Source: Cycas panzhihuaensis
Lineage: Eukaryota; Plantae; Cycadophyta
Length of the DNA stretch: 64,000 nucleotides
Direction of reading: 5' to 3'
Assembly (NCBI GenBank): GCA_023213395.1
Contig: CM041465.1
Span: 151,287,741-151,351,740, forward strand
Positions 11,653-24,078 of the stretch are shown one piece after another. The notes beneath the pieces were generated by a model. The model was not told where the DNA came from. It saw only the letters and a list, made by a program, of their open reading frames with translations, and did no database searches. The position numbers and the translations under genes were made by a program. Position 1 is the first letter of the stretch. Every line of letters begins with the position of its first letter.

Positions 11653-14449
11653 TGAAGGAAGGATGGATCTAGGAGATAAATCACTCACATGCACACAATG
11701 GCAATGGAGAATGAAAAAGAAGATGAAATAAGATATGAGAGTAAGCTTGGAGGTGAGAATGAATAATGACTCCCTCCTTGAGATTTCACCTTTTATTATT
11801 GAGGGTGAGCATTAGGGTTAGGATTTTCTTGCATAATTAGGGTTAGGATTTTCTCGCATAATGACATGAACCCAAAATTACATCTAAATACACATAAAGT
11901 ACATTTCATTAAGAGACTAATACTAATAATATATCCTAAGGTCATATAATCAATCTACATAAATGACCTTGATACATTAACCTCTTTCAATTCCCCCCCT
12001 AATGGTGGAAGGTCATTTTTAGAAAATCTATTCTATAAGGTCTTCATTTGAGCCTCATTATTATATTGAAATTCTAAATAACACTTTTGTGGGACAACCC
12101 TCATGGGGAATAAAAACCCACAAACTTTTTAATATCTATAGCCCCTTTTATAAATTAAAATGGCTAAGGTGGATCTTTGATGTAGCCTGATAGCCAAGTA
12201 GCTTAAATGTACAGCTTAATCTGCTAAGTCTCCATATACTATTTAGTCATCCCCTATGCCCTTTTGGGTTTTCACAAGTTTTGATTTTCTAAAATAAGTA
12301 CAACCCTTATCCTTCTGTGCCCACATGGGGTTTTCACAAAGAGGATAGAGCAGAGACTTACTCTTATTCTTCTACGCCCACAAGGGGTTTTCATGAAGAG
12401 AATAAAGTATGATAATCCTATTACCATCTTCTTTGATCAATCAAAGATGGAGGCCCTAAGGCCAAGCTACCTTCAGAACTATTCAAACTTCACCTTTTGT
12501 AGTGGTTTGGTGAAGATATTGGCTACTTGATCTGTTGTGAGACAGTAATCTAATTGAATTGTGCCGTCATGAATAAGTTCCCTAATCCTGTGGACTTTTG
12601 TACTTATGTGTTTGGTACGATCGTAAAATACGACATTTTTCGCCATGCAGATTACTGATTGATTATCCATATGAAGACTCGTAGGACTTGTTTGGATGAT
12701 ATTCAATGTTTCTAATAATTTTTTCAGCCATATCACCTCTTTATTGGTCTCAGAAGCAATAATGTATTTAGCTTCAGTAGTTGAATCTGCAACTATCTTC
12801 TGCCATTTGGATCTCTATGATATTGGTGCTATTCCAAGAAATGTTACATACCTAAACGTAGATCTTCTTGTATCTTTATCTCTTGCAAAGTCTGAGTCTG
12901 TGTATGCAGAAAGCTTGAAGTCTGAATTAGGTTCATACAATAGACCATATTTGCTAGTCGTCTTAAGGTATCTCAACACTCGCACTACTGCCTGCTAATG
13001 ATTCTGCTTAGGATTTGTCATGTAATGAGCAAGAATGCCAACAGAGTATATAATATCTGGCCTTGTATTGGTAGTGTAGATGAGACTACCTACAAGTTTC
13101 CTGTAAAGTGTTGTGTCTGCCTCCCTAGTGTCACCTTCAGCTGAGAGTTTGGTGTTAGGATCCATATGTAGCATCATTGGTCGAGCACCTTCTAACTAAA
13201 ACTTGGTTAGAAGATCATTGATGTATTTTCCTTAGGAGAGGAAAATTTTTCTATTCTTTTGTGTTACTTTAATTCCCAAGTAATATTTCATCAAACTAAG
13301 GTCAAACAATTCGAACGTTTTACCAAGGTCCTTTTTCAACTGGCTTATTGCCTGTTCACTATTACCCGTTACTAGCATGTCATCCACAAAGATTATGAGA
13401 TAAGTGACTTTATCCTTATGGCACTTGATGAACAACGTTGCATCAATATCTTAATAGTTACAAACCTCATATCCAAGTTACCTCATCCTTTCAGACAACT
13501 TGGCAAACCAAGCGTGAGGGGCTTGTTTAAGGCCATATAAGGACTTTTTGAGTTTGCAAACCTTATGCTCTTGACCTTCGATCTTATATCCTTCTGGCTT
13601 AGCTATGTAAATTTATTCTTCAAGATCTCCATTAAGAAACGTGGTCTTAATATCGAGTTGGTGGATTTTCCAACCCTGTTGATCAGCCAAGGCCACAAGA
13701 GTTCTAATTGTAGGCCACTTGGTTGTAGGTACAAAGACTTTAGTGTAGTCAATGCCTTCCCTTTGTATAAATCCTTTAGCTACCAACCTCGCCTTGAGTT
13801 TTTTAAGGGTGTCGTCTGATCTATATTTATTTTTGAACACCCATTTATTTTGAACTACCTTTCTGCTAAGTGGTAGATCAATGAGCTCCTATGTACCACT
13901 TGTCATAGGTTATCGTTACACCAAAAGCCCTAGGGTGATTTAGGAAGAGAACCTCCTTGTGATAGTTAGTGTCATGCGCTCTAACACTCCCCCATCACAA
14001 GGAGTCATCTGTACTTACACAGCATTGCATGTCCACCATAGCGTTCCTCGGTGCCACCCAGCAAACACCTTCACGTATCTCCAGGTACGCTACCACTGCA
14101 TGTGACCGCTTTGAACCCTAGTCGCTCTGATACCACATGAAGGAATGATGGATCTAGGAGATGAATCACTCACATGCACACAATGGCAGTGGAGAATGAA
14201 AAAGAAGATGAAATAGGATATGAGAGCAAGCTTGGAGGTGAGAATGAATAATGACTCCCTCCTTGAGATTTCACCTTTTATTATTGAGGGTGAGCATTAG
14301 GGTTAGGATTTTCCCACCTAATGACATAAACCCAAAATTACATCTAAATGCACATAAAGTACATTTCATTAAGAGACTAATGCTAATAATATATCCTAAG
14401 GTCATATAATTAATTTACACAAATGACCTTGATACATTAACCTCTTTCA
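11653..14449 (-). mobile_element. Internally deleted Ty1/Copia element B (RT-RNase H only)
   Basis: LTRs at 11653-11989 and 14138-14449 (TG...CA). Perfect TSD ATTTC (11648-11652, 14450-14454). Reverse PBS at 14124-14135 and reverse PPT at ~11991-12002. Motifs KARLVAKGF, FVDDML, YRKLVGSLIY, RTKHI at 12480-13900. Confidence 0.95.
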
Positions 14450-17400
14450 ATTTCAATCAGTGGAAGCATTATCATACATATCAAAGGAGCAATAACACCA
14501 AAACAAATATGGGACATAATGGTAAATCTATTTAAACATAAGGACAATGCAATGGCTCTCAATTTGTAAAGTTAATTATACACTCTAAAGATGAGAGGGA
14601 ATGTTATAGACCACATTAGACATGTAAGATCTATTTAGGATCAGTTGGTCATCATAGGTAAAAAAAATCTTTAATTCAAAATTATAGCTTGCATACTGAG
14701 AAGTTTACTAACTCAATATGAAAATTTCACTGCTACTCTCACTTTGGAAAATAAATAGTTCACACTTATAATAAGTTCTTTGGAATATCTACCTATGGAA
14801 CATGAGAAAAAGTTGAAGTACATGTTTGGAGAGTCATATGGAGTACTGTCATTTAGATCAAAAGGGAAGAAGACATATGTTGAAAAGAAAAATGTGCCTT
14901 CTAAACCTTTAGTTCAAAAAGATAAACTAAGAGGCTTGACTAGACAATATAGGCCAAAGTTCTACCATTATGATAAATTAGGCCACATCAAGAAATATTA
15001 TTGGGAATGGTAATAGTAAAATATAAGCAGCATTAGTAATAATAACAACCCCAATGGCAGAAGCAACAGTAGTAACAATGTCAACATTAACCACATATAC
15101 AATATGGTCACATCACAAATGCAACAAGCAACCCACTTATAGAAATTCCATAATGATTATTTATTATAGTTTATAAAATGAGATTATATGAACAAGATGT
15201 ATGGTTCATCAGTTCTAGTGCATCTCAACATATGACTAGGAGGCTTGAATGGTGTTTTTAGATGTGGGAAGTATATCAAAAGGTTACCACCAATGATGAC
15301 ATAGATTTAGTAGCCACAAGAGTAGGAAAAGTGTCAATAATTATGTTAAATAAAGATATATAATATTTAAATGATGTATTATGTGTATAAAATTTGAAAG
15401 TAAATAACAAGATATGATTGTAATATTTACTTAAGAATAGTACATAGTTCAAAATAAACAAAATAATATTATACTTAAGGGTATTTGGGAAAATAATTTA
15501 TATAAACTAGAAGGACACTCTTATGTATAGAGAGTGCTCCTATCCATATCTCCTAAATAGAAGCTATTACATAAACATATGGATCATCTAAACTACACTA
15601 GTCTCTAATTGATGTATAAGCTTAAAATAGTATATGGTCTTCTCATGGTAGATAGTAAAGGTTGCTTGTATGAACCATGTATATTTGGAAAATAACATAG
15701 GGTGCCCTTCCCAAAGAAAAAGACATGGAGAGCAAAGGAGAAGCTAGGATTGGTTCACTTAAATATTTATGGACCAATGCCTAATATCTTACTAGGCAAA
15801 GTGAGATATTTCATTATCTTCACTAACAACTTTTCATGAAATTTTTGGGTCTTTCTATTGAAGGAAAAATCATAAACATTTACCTATTTCAAACCATTCA
15901 AAGAGATGGTAGAAAATAAATGTGAGTTAAAGATTAAGGTCTTACAAATTGATAATAGAAAGCATATACCTCAAATGAATTTATATAGTTCTACAAGGAT
16001 CATGGAATTAAAAGGTAGTTTATTATTGCCTATACACCTCAATAAAATAGAGTTGCTAAGAGAATGAACAAGACTTTGGTTTAAAAGAAAAATACCATGA
16101 TGCAAGGCAAAGATGTAATTGATTACTTATAGGTAGAAGTTGTAAATAAAATTATTTATCTAATTAACAAAAGTACTATCAAGATTGTTAGAAATAAGAC
16201 ACCTAAGGAAGCTTGGTTAGAAATGAAGCCAACTATGAGTCATCTCAAAAGTTTTGCATGTATAATATATATACACATTCCTAAGGAGAAACAATAAAAG
16301 TTGGATGACAAAAGCACCAAATGCATCCTTGTTAGGTATTCTAAGGAGAGTAAAGCATGTAGGGTTTATAAGGTGTCAACTCAAAAATTTTACACAACTC
16401 ATAATATAATCTTTTGGGAAGATAAAACTTAGGATATTAGTACAATAAATGTAGTGTACTAAGTTGAGGAGATGCCTAAATATAGTTCTTCTCATAATAT
16501 AATCTAGCTAGAGTTTATCCTTTTGACATTTGTGAAGCAGCTAAAGTAGAATCATTCCAATTTCTAAATGTTGATTTTGAGCTAAAGATAGAGTCGAAGA
16601 AGCCTAAGACAAAGAAGATTTCACCTTCATTATCATCAAAGAAATCCAAAATGGTATTTAAAAACAATGGAGGATGCTAAGTAAATACTACCAGAATCAA
16701 ATGGAAAGCAAAAATAAAAAGTGCATCCCTCTGATCATGTAAATATGGCATTAATAGTAAGTGTATTGAATGTTAAGAAACCATCCACAATTAAAGAAAC
16801 ATTAAAAGAGAAGAAGTGGTATGACACTATGGAATCAAAAATCTAAGTTGTCAAGAAAAACCACATGTGGGATCTAGTAGAATTGCCTACTAGCAAGTAA
16901 GTAATCAGATGTAATTAGGTCTACATAATCAAGTTTAAATCTAATAAATTTGTAGATAATTATAAAACATGACTCGTTGCTAAGGGCTTCAAGTAAAAAT
17001 AAGGGATCAAATACCAAGAGACATTAACTCATGTTGCAAATGAAAACCATTTAACTCATTATGGCAATAGTTATACAATTTAATTGGCAATTATATCAAA
17101 TGGATATAAAGAATGTATTTTTGAATGGGAAGCTAAATGAAGAAGTTTACATGGAGTAACCACCTAGCTTTATTGAAAATGACCATGAGCACTTGGTATG
17201 ATAACTCAAGAAGGCCTTATATGGCCTAAAATAGGCTCCTAGAGCCTAGTATAAGAAAATTAATCAATACTTTTAGAAGAATAGGTTTAAAAAACTATAA
17301 GTTAAATCAAACTTATGCATTAAAGTTGAAAAGGATAAAATTATATATATATATATATAATGTTATTTTATATTGATGACTTACTAATGACAAGTAATGG

Positions 17401-18517
17401 CATTGATATGATATCATGCTTGAAGTTAGATCTTAGTCACTACTTGAGATGATTGATCTAGAGGTTTTACATTACTTCGTTGGAGTGGAAGTATGATAAA
17501 GGCCTAAACATGTCTTCATCTCGTAGACTAAGTATACTTGGGAAATTATAAATAATTTAGGATGGAAGACTATAATCATGTACCTACTTCATTGGAGATA
17601 GGTTCCAAATTGATAGCAGAAGATGGTGGATCAAATGTAGATGCCACATTATATAGACAACTACTGGGAATTTTGATATATCTTATCACTACTAGGCCTA
17701 ACATATCTTATGAAGTTGGAATAGTGTCTAGATTCATAGCATCACTAAAGAAGGGATACTAGAAAGCAACAAAAAGAATCCTTAAATATTTAAAAATGAT
17801 AGTACACTATGGACTAAGAATTGAGTATAATGATAATTTCAATTTCATAGGATTTATAAATTCTAATTTGACCAGATGTGTAGTTAGTAAGAGATTAACT
17901 TCTAAATATTATTTTAGTATGGGTTCAACTATAGTTACATGGAGTAGTAAAAAGTAATCAAATATTACTTTATCCTCTACTAAAGTATAGTACAAGGTTG
18001 TAGTTACAGTAGTTATAAAGGCCATTTGGTTATGTTAGATTTTAGAGGACATAGAACTATAGAAATTAGAGCTAACCATCATGTATTGTGATAATTAAAA
18101 TATGATAAAGATTACAAAAAGTCTTATGTTCTATGATGGCACCAAACATATCAAGGTACATCATCACTTCATTTAGGAATTGATATAGAAAGGTATAATA
18201 TAGATGGTATATAGGCCTACAGAAGAATAATTGGCTAACATCTTCATCAAACCTTTAGCACATGATATATTTTAGACTTTAAGGGATGGTTTAGGTGTTA
18301 GATGAAATGAAATATACATTAAGAGGAAGTGTTAGAGTTAATATTTATTTTAAGAGGTCATGGACCCCTCCCTCCTTAATTTTTTTATATTATAATATTA
18401 GGTGTGTGTAATTATATAAGAGCGATGGGCCAATGAGGGTTACAACTCACATCTTATAAGTGTCAACTTAGATAGCAATAATATTTTTGTAACTATTAGG
18501 ATTAAGTTAATATTGGT

Positions 18518-21500
18518 CAAATCTTGATCTAGGTCCAGATGACAAGGATTCCCCTGTAGTTTTAGAATCTGGAAGTAGTAAAAGGGATGGCTAGGGTTGT
18601 TGGACCACTACTAGCGATGGATTCTACTACAAAGAATAGATCTTAGTTGATAAATGCCAGGTTTTGTATTTTGGAGAGACTGGAAAGAGACCTCCCAGAA
18701 GAGGTTAGCATCGAAACGGAGGGATGGGATATTAACCAAAAGTTGGTTTATAAGTTAGATGACTTTAGATGTTCGATATACAAGTGCATGGGGAATTTAC
18801 CCTTGAAGTGCCTAGGAGAAACAAATAAGGTCGAGGTCGAAGAGAAGGGAGGCCCAAGTAAAACCACCGAGGATTTTGGGGCAGAAGCAAATATAGATGT
18901 TGCCCTAGGTTCTAAGGTTGGTGCATCTCCACAAGGGGAGAAAGTGAAGGTTGGACACAAGGAGTTCCCCATCCTTAAGTAAACTGAGGAGAAGGAGTGA
19001 CCCAAGGATCAAGAGGAAGGGCAGTAAGGGTTAGCAACTTTGGAAGAGGAGCACTCTGTTGGTGAGAGGAGGGTTGAGAAGGCCCCGTCTAGGGTAGTTG
19101 AGGCTCCTCAAGCTGAGAAGATGAAGGAGATTAACTGGGATGAGTAGGATTCTCTCAAAGGAAGGTGAGGAGATGGTGCGACCTTAAGGTCAAGGGAAAA
19201 CACAGTAAGGGCTCTCAAGTAGGGGGGATGAGAGCTAGCTTGGAATGGATTGCATGGATGTAGTGGCTCCACCTAAGAAAGGGGACCTAAGAAGGCCACC
19301 CAGTGGGGCTCACAGGTGGATAATAAAAGGTAAAAGTGTTCAGGAGGATTCGTTAAGCTTGAGGAGAGCCCATGATCTTAGTAGTGATAAAAGGCCCGAC
19401 AGACCATTAAAGAAAGCGATTCGAGATAGGGAAACTGCATCCCAAATTGATGAAGGGTATCAAAGTACCCTAAAGGAAGGGGTGATTAAAGGCCCATTCC
19501 TTAGGAGTAGAAGATGACCCTTTAGGGATGGAGTGGGGGACTTGATGAGGGTCTTATCCTAGAATGTTAGGGGCCTAAATGTCCTCTCTAAGCAAAGAAT
19601 TGTTAAGGATTTGAGAATTAAAATGGAAGGGAACATTATGTTACTATAAGAAATGAAACTTGAGAAGGCTGAGGAGTTAGAGGTAAAAAATAAGATTTGG
19701 AAAAAGGGTGAAATGTTGGCCAAAGAGGGATCTCTTGGTTCGGGTGGTATGGTTGTCCTTTGGGACCCAAGATTCTGGTAAGGGGTAGGTGTGTTCTAGG
19801 AAGATCACTTCATAACCATCTGCTTTACCTACATAAGGACAAACATCTAATGGTTGTCCACTAATATTTATTCTCCTACATCAGTGGAAGGAAGAAAGAA
19901 CCAGTGGGATAGGATTGTGGATGTCCACAAAGACTAGAAGGGCCTCTAGTTAGTGGTGGGGGATCTAAACTCGACTCTCTATCTAAGTGAAAAGAAAGGG
20001 GGTCAAGAGGGCTGGTCCAGGAGTATGTTAGACATGGGGAACTTCTTATAGAGAGAAGGACTACTGGATATCCCACTAAGTGGGGCCAGGTATACATGGT
20101 CTAACAGGAGATTGGGGAACAATCACATCCAGATAAAGTTAGACAAGATGCTGACCAACTATGAATGGATGAGTCTCCATAAGGACATCAAGCTAAAAGC
20201 ACTCTTAAAGATGGCCTTAGATCATTCTCCCCTAATGTTGGAATTTAATACTTAAGGCATTCACCATGGGGCTCTATTTTGGTTCGAACTTATGTGGCTG
20301 AGACACCTAGATCTTAGGAATCAGGTTAAGAAATGGTGGAGTATCCCTGTGGTGGGGCATGTTATATTCAGATTCTCTAAGAAGTTGAATTGGATCAAGA
20401 GATAGATTAAAGTCTAGAACAAAGAAGTCTTCGGTAACATTTTTTAGGTCAAAGATAGACTTTTGGAAGAGCTTAATATGGTAGAGGGGAGGATACAAGA
20501 GGAAGGTAGGAGCACCTCTCTAGATTAGTTGGAATATTTGATTACAAAAAACTTGGAAGATATGTTGGTTAAGGAGGAAATACATTAGAAATAGAAATCT
20601 AGAGTGCTCTGGCTATCAGAGGTAGACATAAATACTAAGGTTTTCCATATGTCCATGTTGAAACATAGGTCTTACAATAGAATAAATATGTTGTATAGTA
20701 GGGACTGAAGCCAATCATGAGATGAAAGAACAAATTAAAGGCATGTTGGATTATTTCAAGGATTTATTCGAAGAACTTGGATGCCAAGATTTAGGTCTAA
20801 GAAAGGATCTCTTGATATTTATCTCTAAGATGATCAATGAAGACCAAAATAGAAGGCTGATAGAACCCTTCACTCTAGAGGAAATGGAGAAAGTAATCTT
20901 CAATATGGGCCATGGAAAAGCTCCTAGGCTAGACGTTTTTCCACCAAGTTTTTTCTAAGAATTTTGGGATATAATCAAGGAGGATTTAAAATTGGCCTTG
21001 AATGAATTCTTTGAAAAGAAAACAATCCTAAAGGAGTGGCAGGGTACTTTTTTGGTGCTGATTCCTAAGAAGGAAGGAGTGAAAGTAATGGAGAACTTTA
21101 GACTGATAAGTCTATGCACTGTAAAATATAAAATCTTGGCAAAAATTTTGGCAAATAGACTCAAGGAATGCTTGCCACTTATCATATCCCCAAATCAAGA
21201 TAGGTTTATAAAAGGCAGACAAATCATGGATGGCATAATAGTGGTCCATGAGACGGTTCGTTCGGTTTATCATAGGAAAGAAGCAAGCATGATTGTGAAA
21301 ATTGACATGTCTAAATCTTACAACTAAGTGGCTTAGGACTACTTACTTGATTGTCTCTAGGCTTTTGGTTTTGATGAGATATGGAGGGACTAGTTGAGGT
21401 GTTGCACCTCCAATCCTTCGTTCTCTATGTTGATAAATGGTACATCAACCCCCTTTTTTCCTAGTTCCAGAAGACTCAAGTAAGGGGATCCTCTATCCCA

Positions 21501-23806
21501 TACCTGTTTATCATTATGGCAAAAATATTAGGGAGGGTCGTTGAGGAGGCCAGAAGGAAAGGCTGGGAGTTTAGACTAAATCCCTCATCCATCATGGAGA
21601 ATATCATTCATCATCAGTTTGTTGATGATAATATCATTTTAAGCAAGGCATCCCTAGGGGAAGCTAGAGCATTCAAGAAGGGACTTTAGGCTTATGAGAG
21701 GGCCACAAACTAAAGGATTAACCTGGAGAAGAGTTCTATCTTTTTTATTAACACCCTAGAGAAACTTCAGAGGAGGATTAGCAAGGAGATGGAGATTCCC
21801 ATTAGACTTCTTCCAACCACTTATCTTGGGATTCCATTTTTTGATGGAAATATGAACAAGGATCTCTAGAATTCTATAGTGAATAGGATCCAAAGGAAGC
21901 TGGCTAGATGGAAAGGATCTCTCCTTAGTCTAGTAGGTAAAATTTAGTTGGTGGCAGCCTCTCTATAGAGTATTCCAGTTTATATAATGTCAATCTTTAG
22001 GATGTTGAGTAAGGTCATTTCAATCTTAAAAGGCATTCAGAAAAGATTCCTTAGGTCTAGAGCAAAGGATAAGGATATAATCCATTTGGTTTGCTAGGAT
22101 AAGGTTTGTAAGCCTAGGTGGGCAGGGGGGCTCAACTTAAGAAGACTTTAGGCCTTTAATAGGGCTTTGTTGGCAAAGTTAGGCCGAAGATTAGCGAATG
22201 ACGATGGCACCCAATGGAGAAATATCATTTCCAAAAAGTACTTAGGGGCAGGCACTTTTTAAAAGACGAGGTGGGGGTGTTTCTGAATCTCCCATTTGGA
22301 AAGGGTTAGTTCTTTTGAGGCCCATATTAATTAATGATATGAGTTGGAAACTGGGGAATGGGGAGAGTATCAGGTTTTGGGAGGACAAATGGTATGAAAA
22401 CTTAAAATTGAAAGAGAAACCTATCATCGATAACCTGCAGGGTGTTTATGAGGAAATTTTTGGCCCACTAATAAAGGATTACTGGGAGGGACATGGTGAA
22501 GACAAGTTGAATCATCGGTATATTCCTAAAAGGCCCATGGTTGATACATTGATTTGATCACACTCCTCCTTGGGTCATACTCCGTGAAGGAGGGATACCA
22601 TTCTCTTTATATGGAGGACAGGTTTGGTAAGAACGTGGTGTTGGCTGGGGTCTAGAAGCTGGGGCTCATCCCAAAGGTAGAGGCTTTCTAGTGGCTTTGT
22701 CTACAAAATAAGATATTAATAATTGATAATCTTCATAGACGTGGTCTCACCATGCTGAATAGATATGTGCTTTGCAAGAAGGATGAGGAGTCCTTGGACC
22801 ATCTCAACATTCACTGCCCCTTCTCCAAGGGAATCTGGGCCTATATATGGTCCAACTTAGGGTTAGATTGGGTGGTGCCAAGGACCCTAGTAGAGAAATA
22901 GTTAATGTAGATATCTCCCTTCAAGAGTAAGATGTTGGGGATGTTATGGAAATTAATCATGCCTATTGGGGTCTAGAATATCTGAAAAGAGGGTAATAGA
23001 AGAATCTTCCAAGGGAAGGATTTGTATGAGCATAGGCTAGAAATTCTTAAACCTTCAGATGAGGTAAGGGTCCTGAGGGTGGAGGGAAGCATCGTGGAGG
23101 GCTAGGGGTTTAGGTGCCTAAAAGTTATTGGGGTTAAAAGGAGGAAGTATTCCTGGAGGTCATCTACTGAGAATTGGGTGAAAATAATTTTTGACAGGGC
23201 ATCTAAAGCTAACCCTAGTGAGGCACGAGGGGATGGATTATGTAAATATGCTAATGGGACAGTACAATGGACCTTTGTAGATTACTATAGTCAATAGACA
23301 AACCACTCTGTTGAACTTAAGGCTATGCAGAAAGTTGTAGCAATGGTGGATGAGGATGATCAAGACAAGGTGATAATAGAAGGAGATTCTCTGAATGTGA
23401 TCAGGATCCTTAGAGGGGAGGCAGAGGTTGATTGGAACAATGTAGATATGGTGAGAGACACTTAGGAGGCCATGAGTTCCAAGTAAATTACTTAGATCAA
23501 ACACACATTTAGGGAAGGAAATATTGTAGCGGACTGGCTTGCCAATTAGGTAGTCTCAAATAAAGGAAATTGGGTTTGGAAAGAGAACTTCCCAGAGGAG
23601 CTCCTAAGTCTAGTTAGATTGGATGTGTTAGCTCAAAACAGGGAAAGTTAAGGTTGGTCAAGGTCGAGTGTGTTTTATGTGGGTTCAGTTATGCTAGGCC
23701 ATGGGCATGTCATGGCCATTTTGTTCTATAGACAAAAGGCAATTATTGTAAAAGGTTTGGGGACCTATTAAAACCCCTTCTATTTTTACCATACTAAAAA
23801 AAAAAA
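18518..23806 (+). mobile_element. L1-clade LINE 1 (5'-truncated within ORF1; ORF2 with APE, RT, zf-RVT and RNase H), inserted in the 3' LTR of Copia A
   Basis: ORF1 zinc-knuckle region ~18650-18810. ORF2 starts MRVLS*NVRGLN at 19545, with *GDPLS at 21481, QFVDD ~21615 and RNase H WVKIIFDRASK ~23175; stop at 23649. Poly(A) 23796-23806. Decayed TSD aagttaatattggt / aagttaatgttagt. Confidence 0.93.
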
Positions 23807-24078
23807 GTTAATGTTAGTAATTTGTAATAGTTAAATTATAGGTGAGTAGAATGAAGGAAGATTCATTGATTTAATATAATGTGTGATTATTATTGAATTG
23901 AGATTTATCAAAATTTTAGAATTAGTTCCAAATATTTTGACTATAAATCCTTTTAAACAATGACTACATTGCATGCCTTGCTACTATATGGTGTTCTTTA
24001 ATTCTAGGTAGAATGCCCTTCAAACCTTTATATGATAATACTAAAATATCATAAAGGCCTAATCTCAGGCTACCATAT

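Larger units (their letters stand above)
9239..23988 (+). mobile_element. Ty1/Copia element A (decayed, near full length), interrupted by Copia B and LINE 1
   Basis: 5' LTR remnant ~9280-9470 matches 23807-23988. PBS tggtatcagagc at 9471. gag ~11400-11652 and 14455-15010, protease WFISSSASQHMT ~15200, integrase ~15580-16430, RT ~16780-17600 (LKKALYGLK, YIDDLL), RNase H to ~18300. PPT at 18321-18329 and 3' LTR from 18330. Confidence 0.9.
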
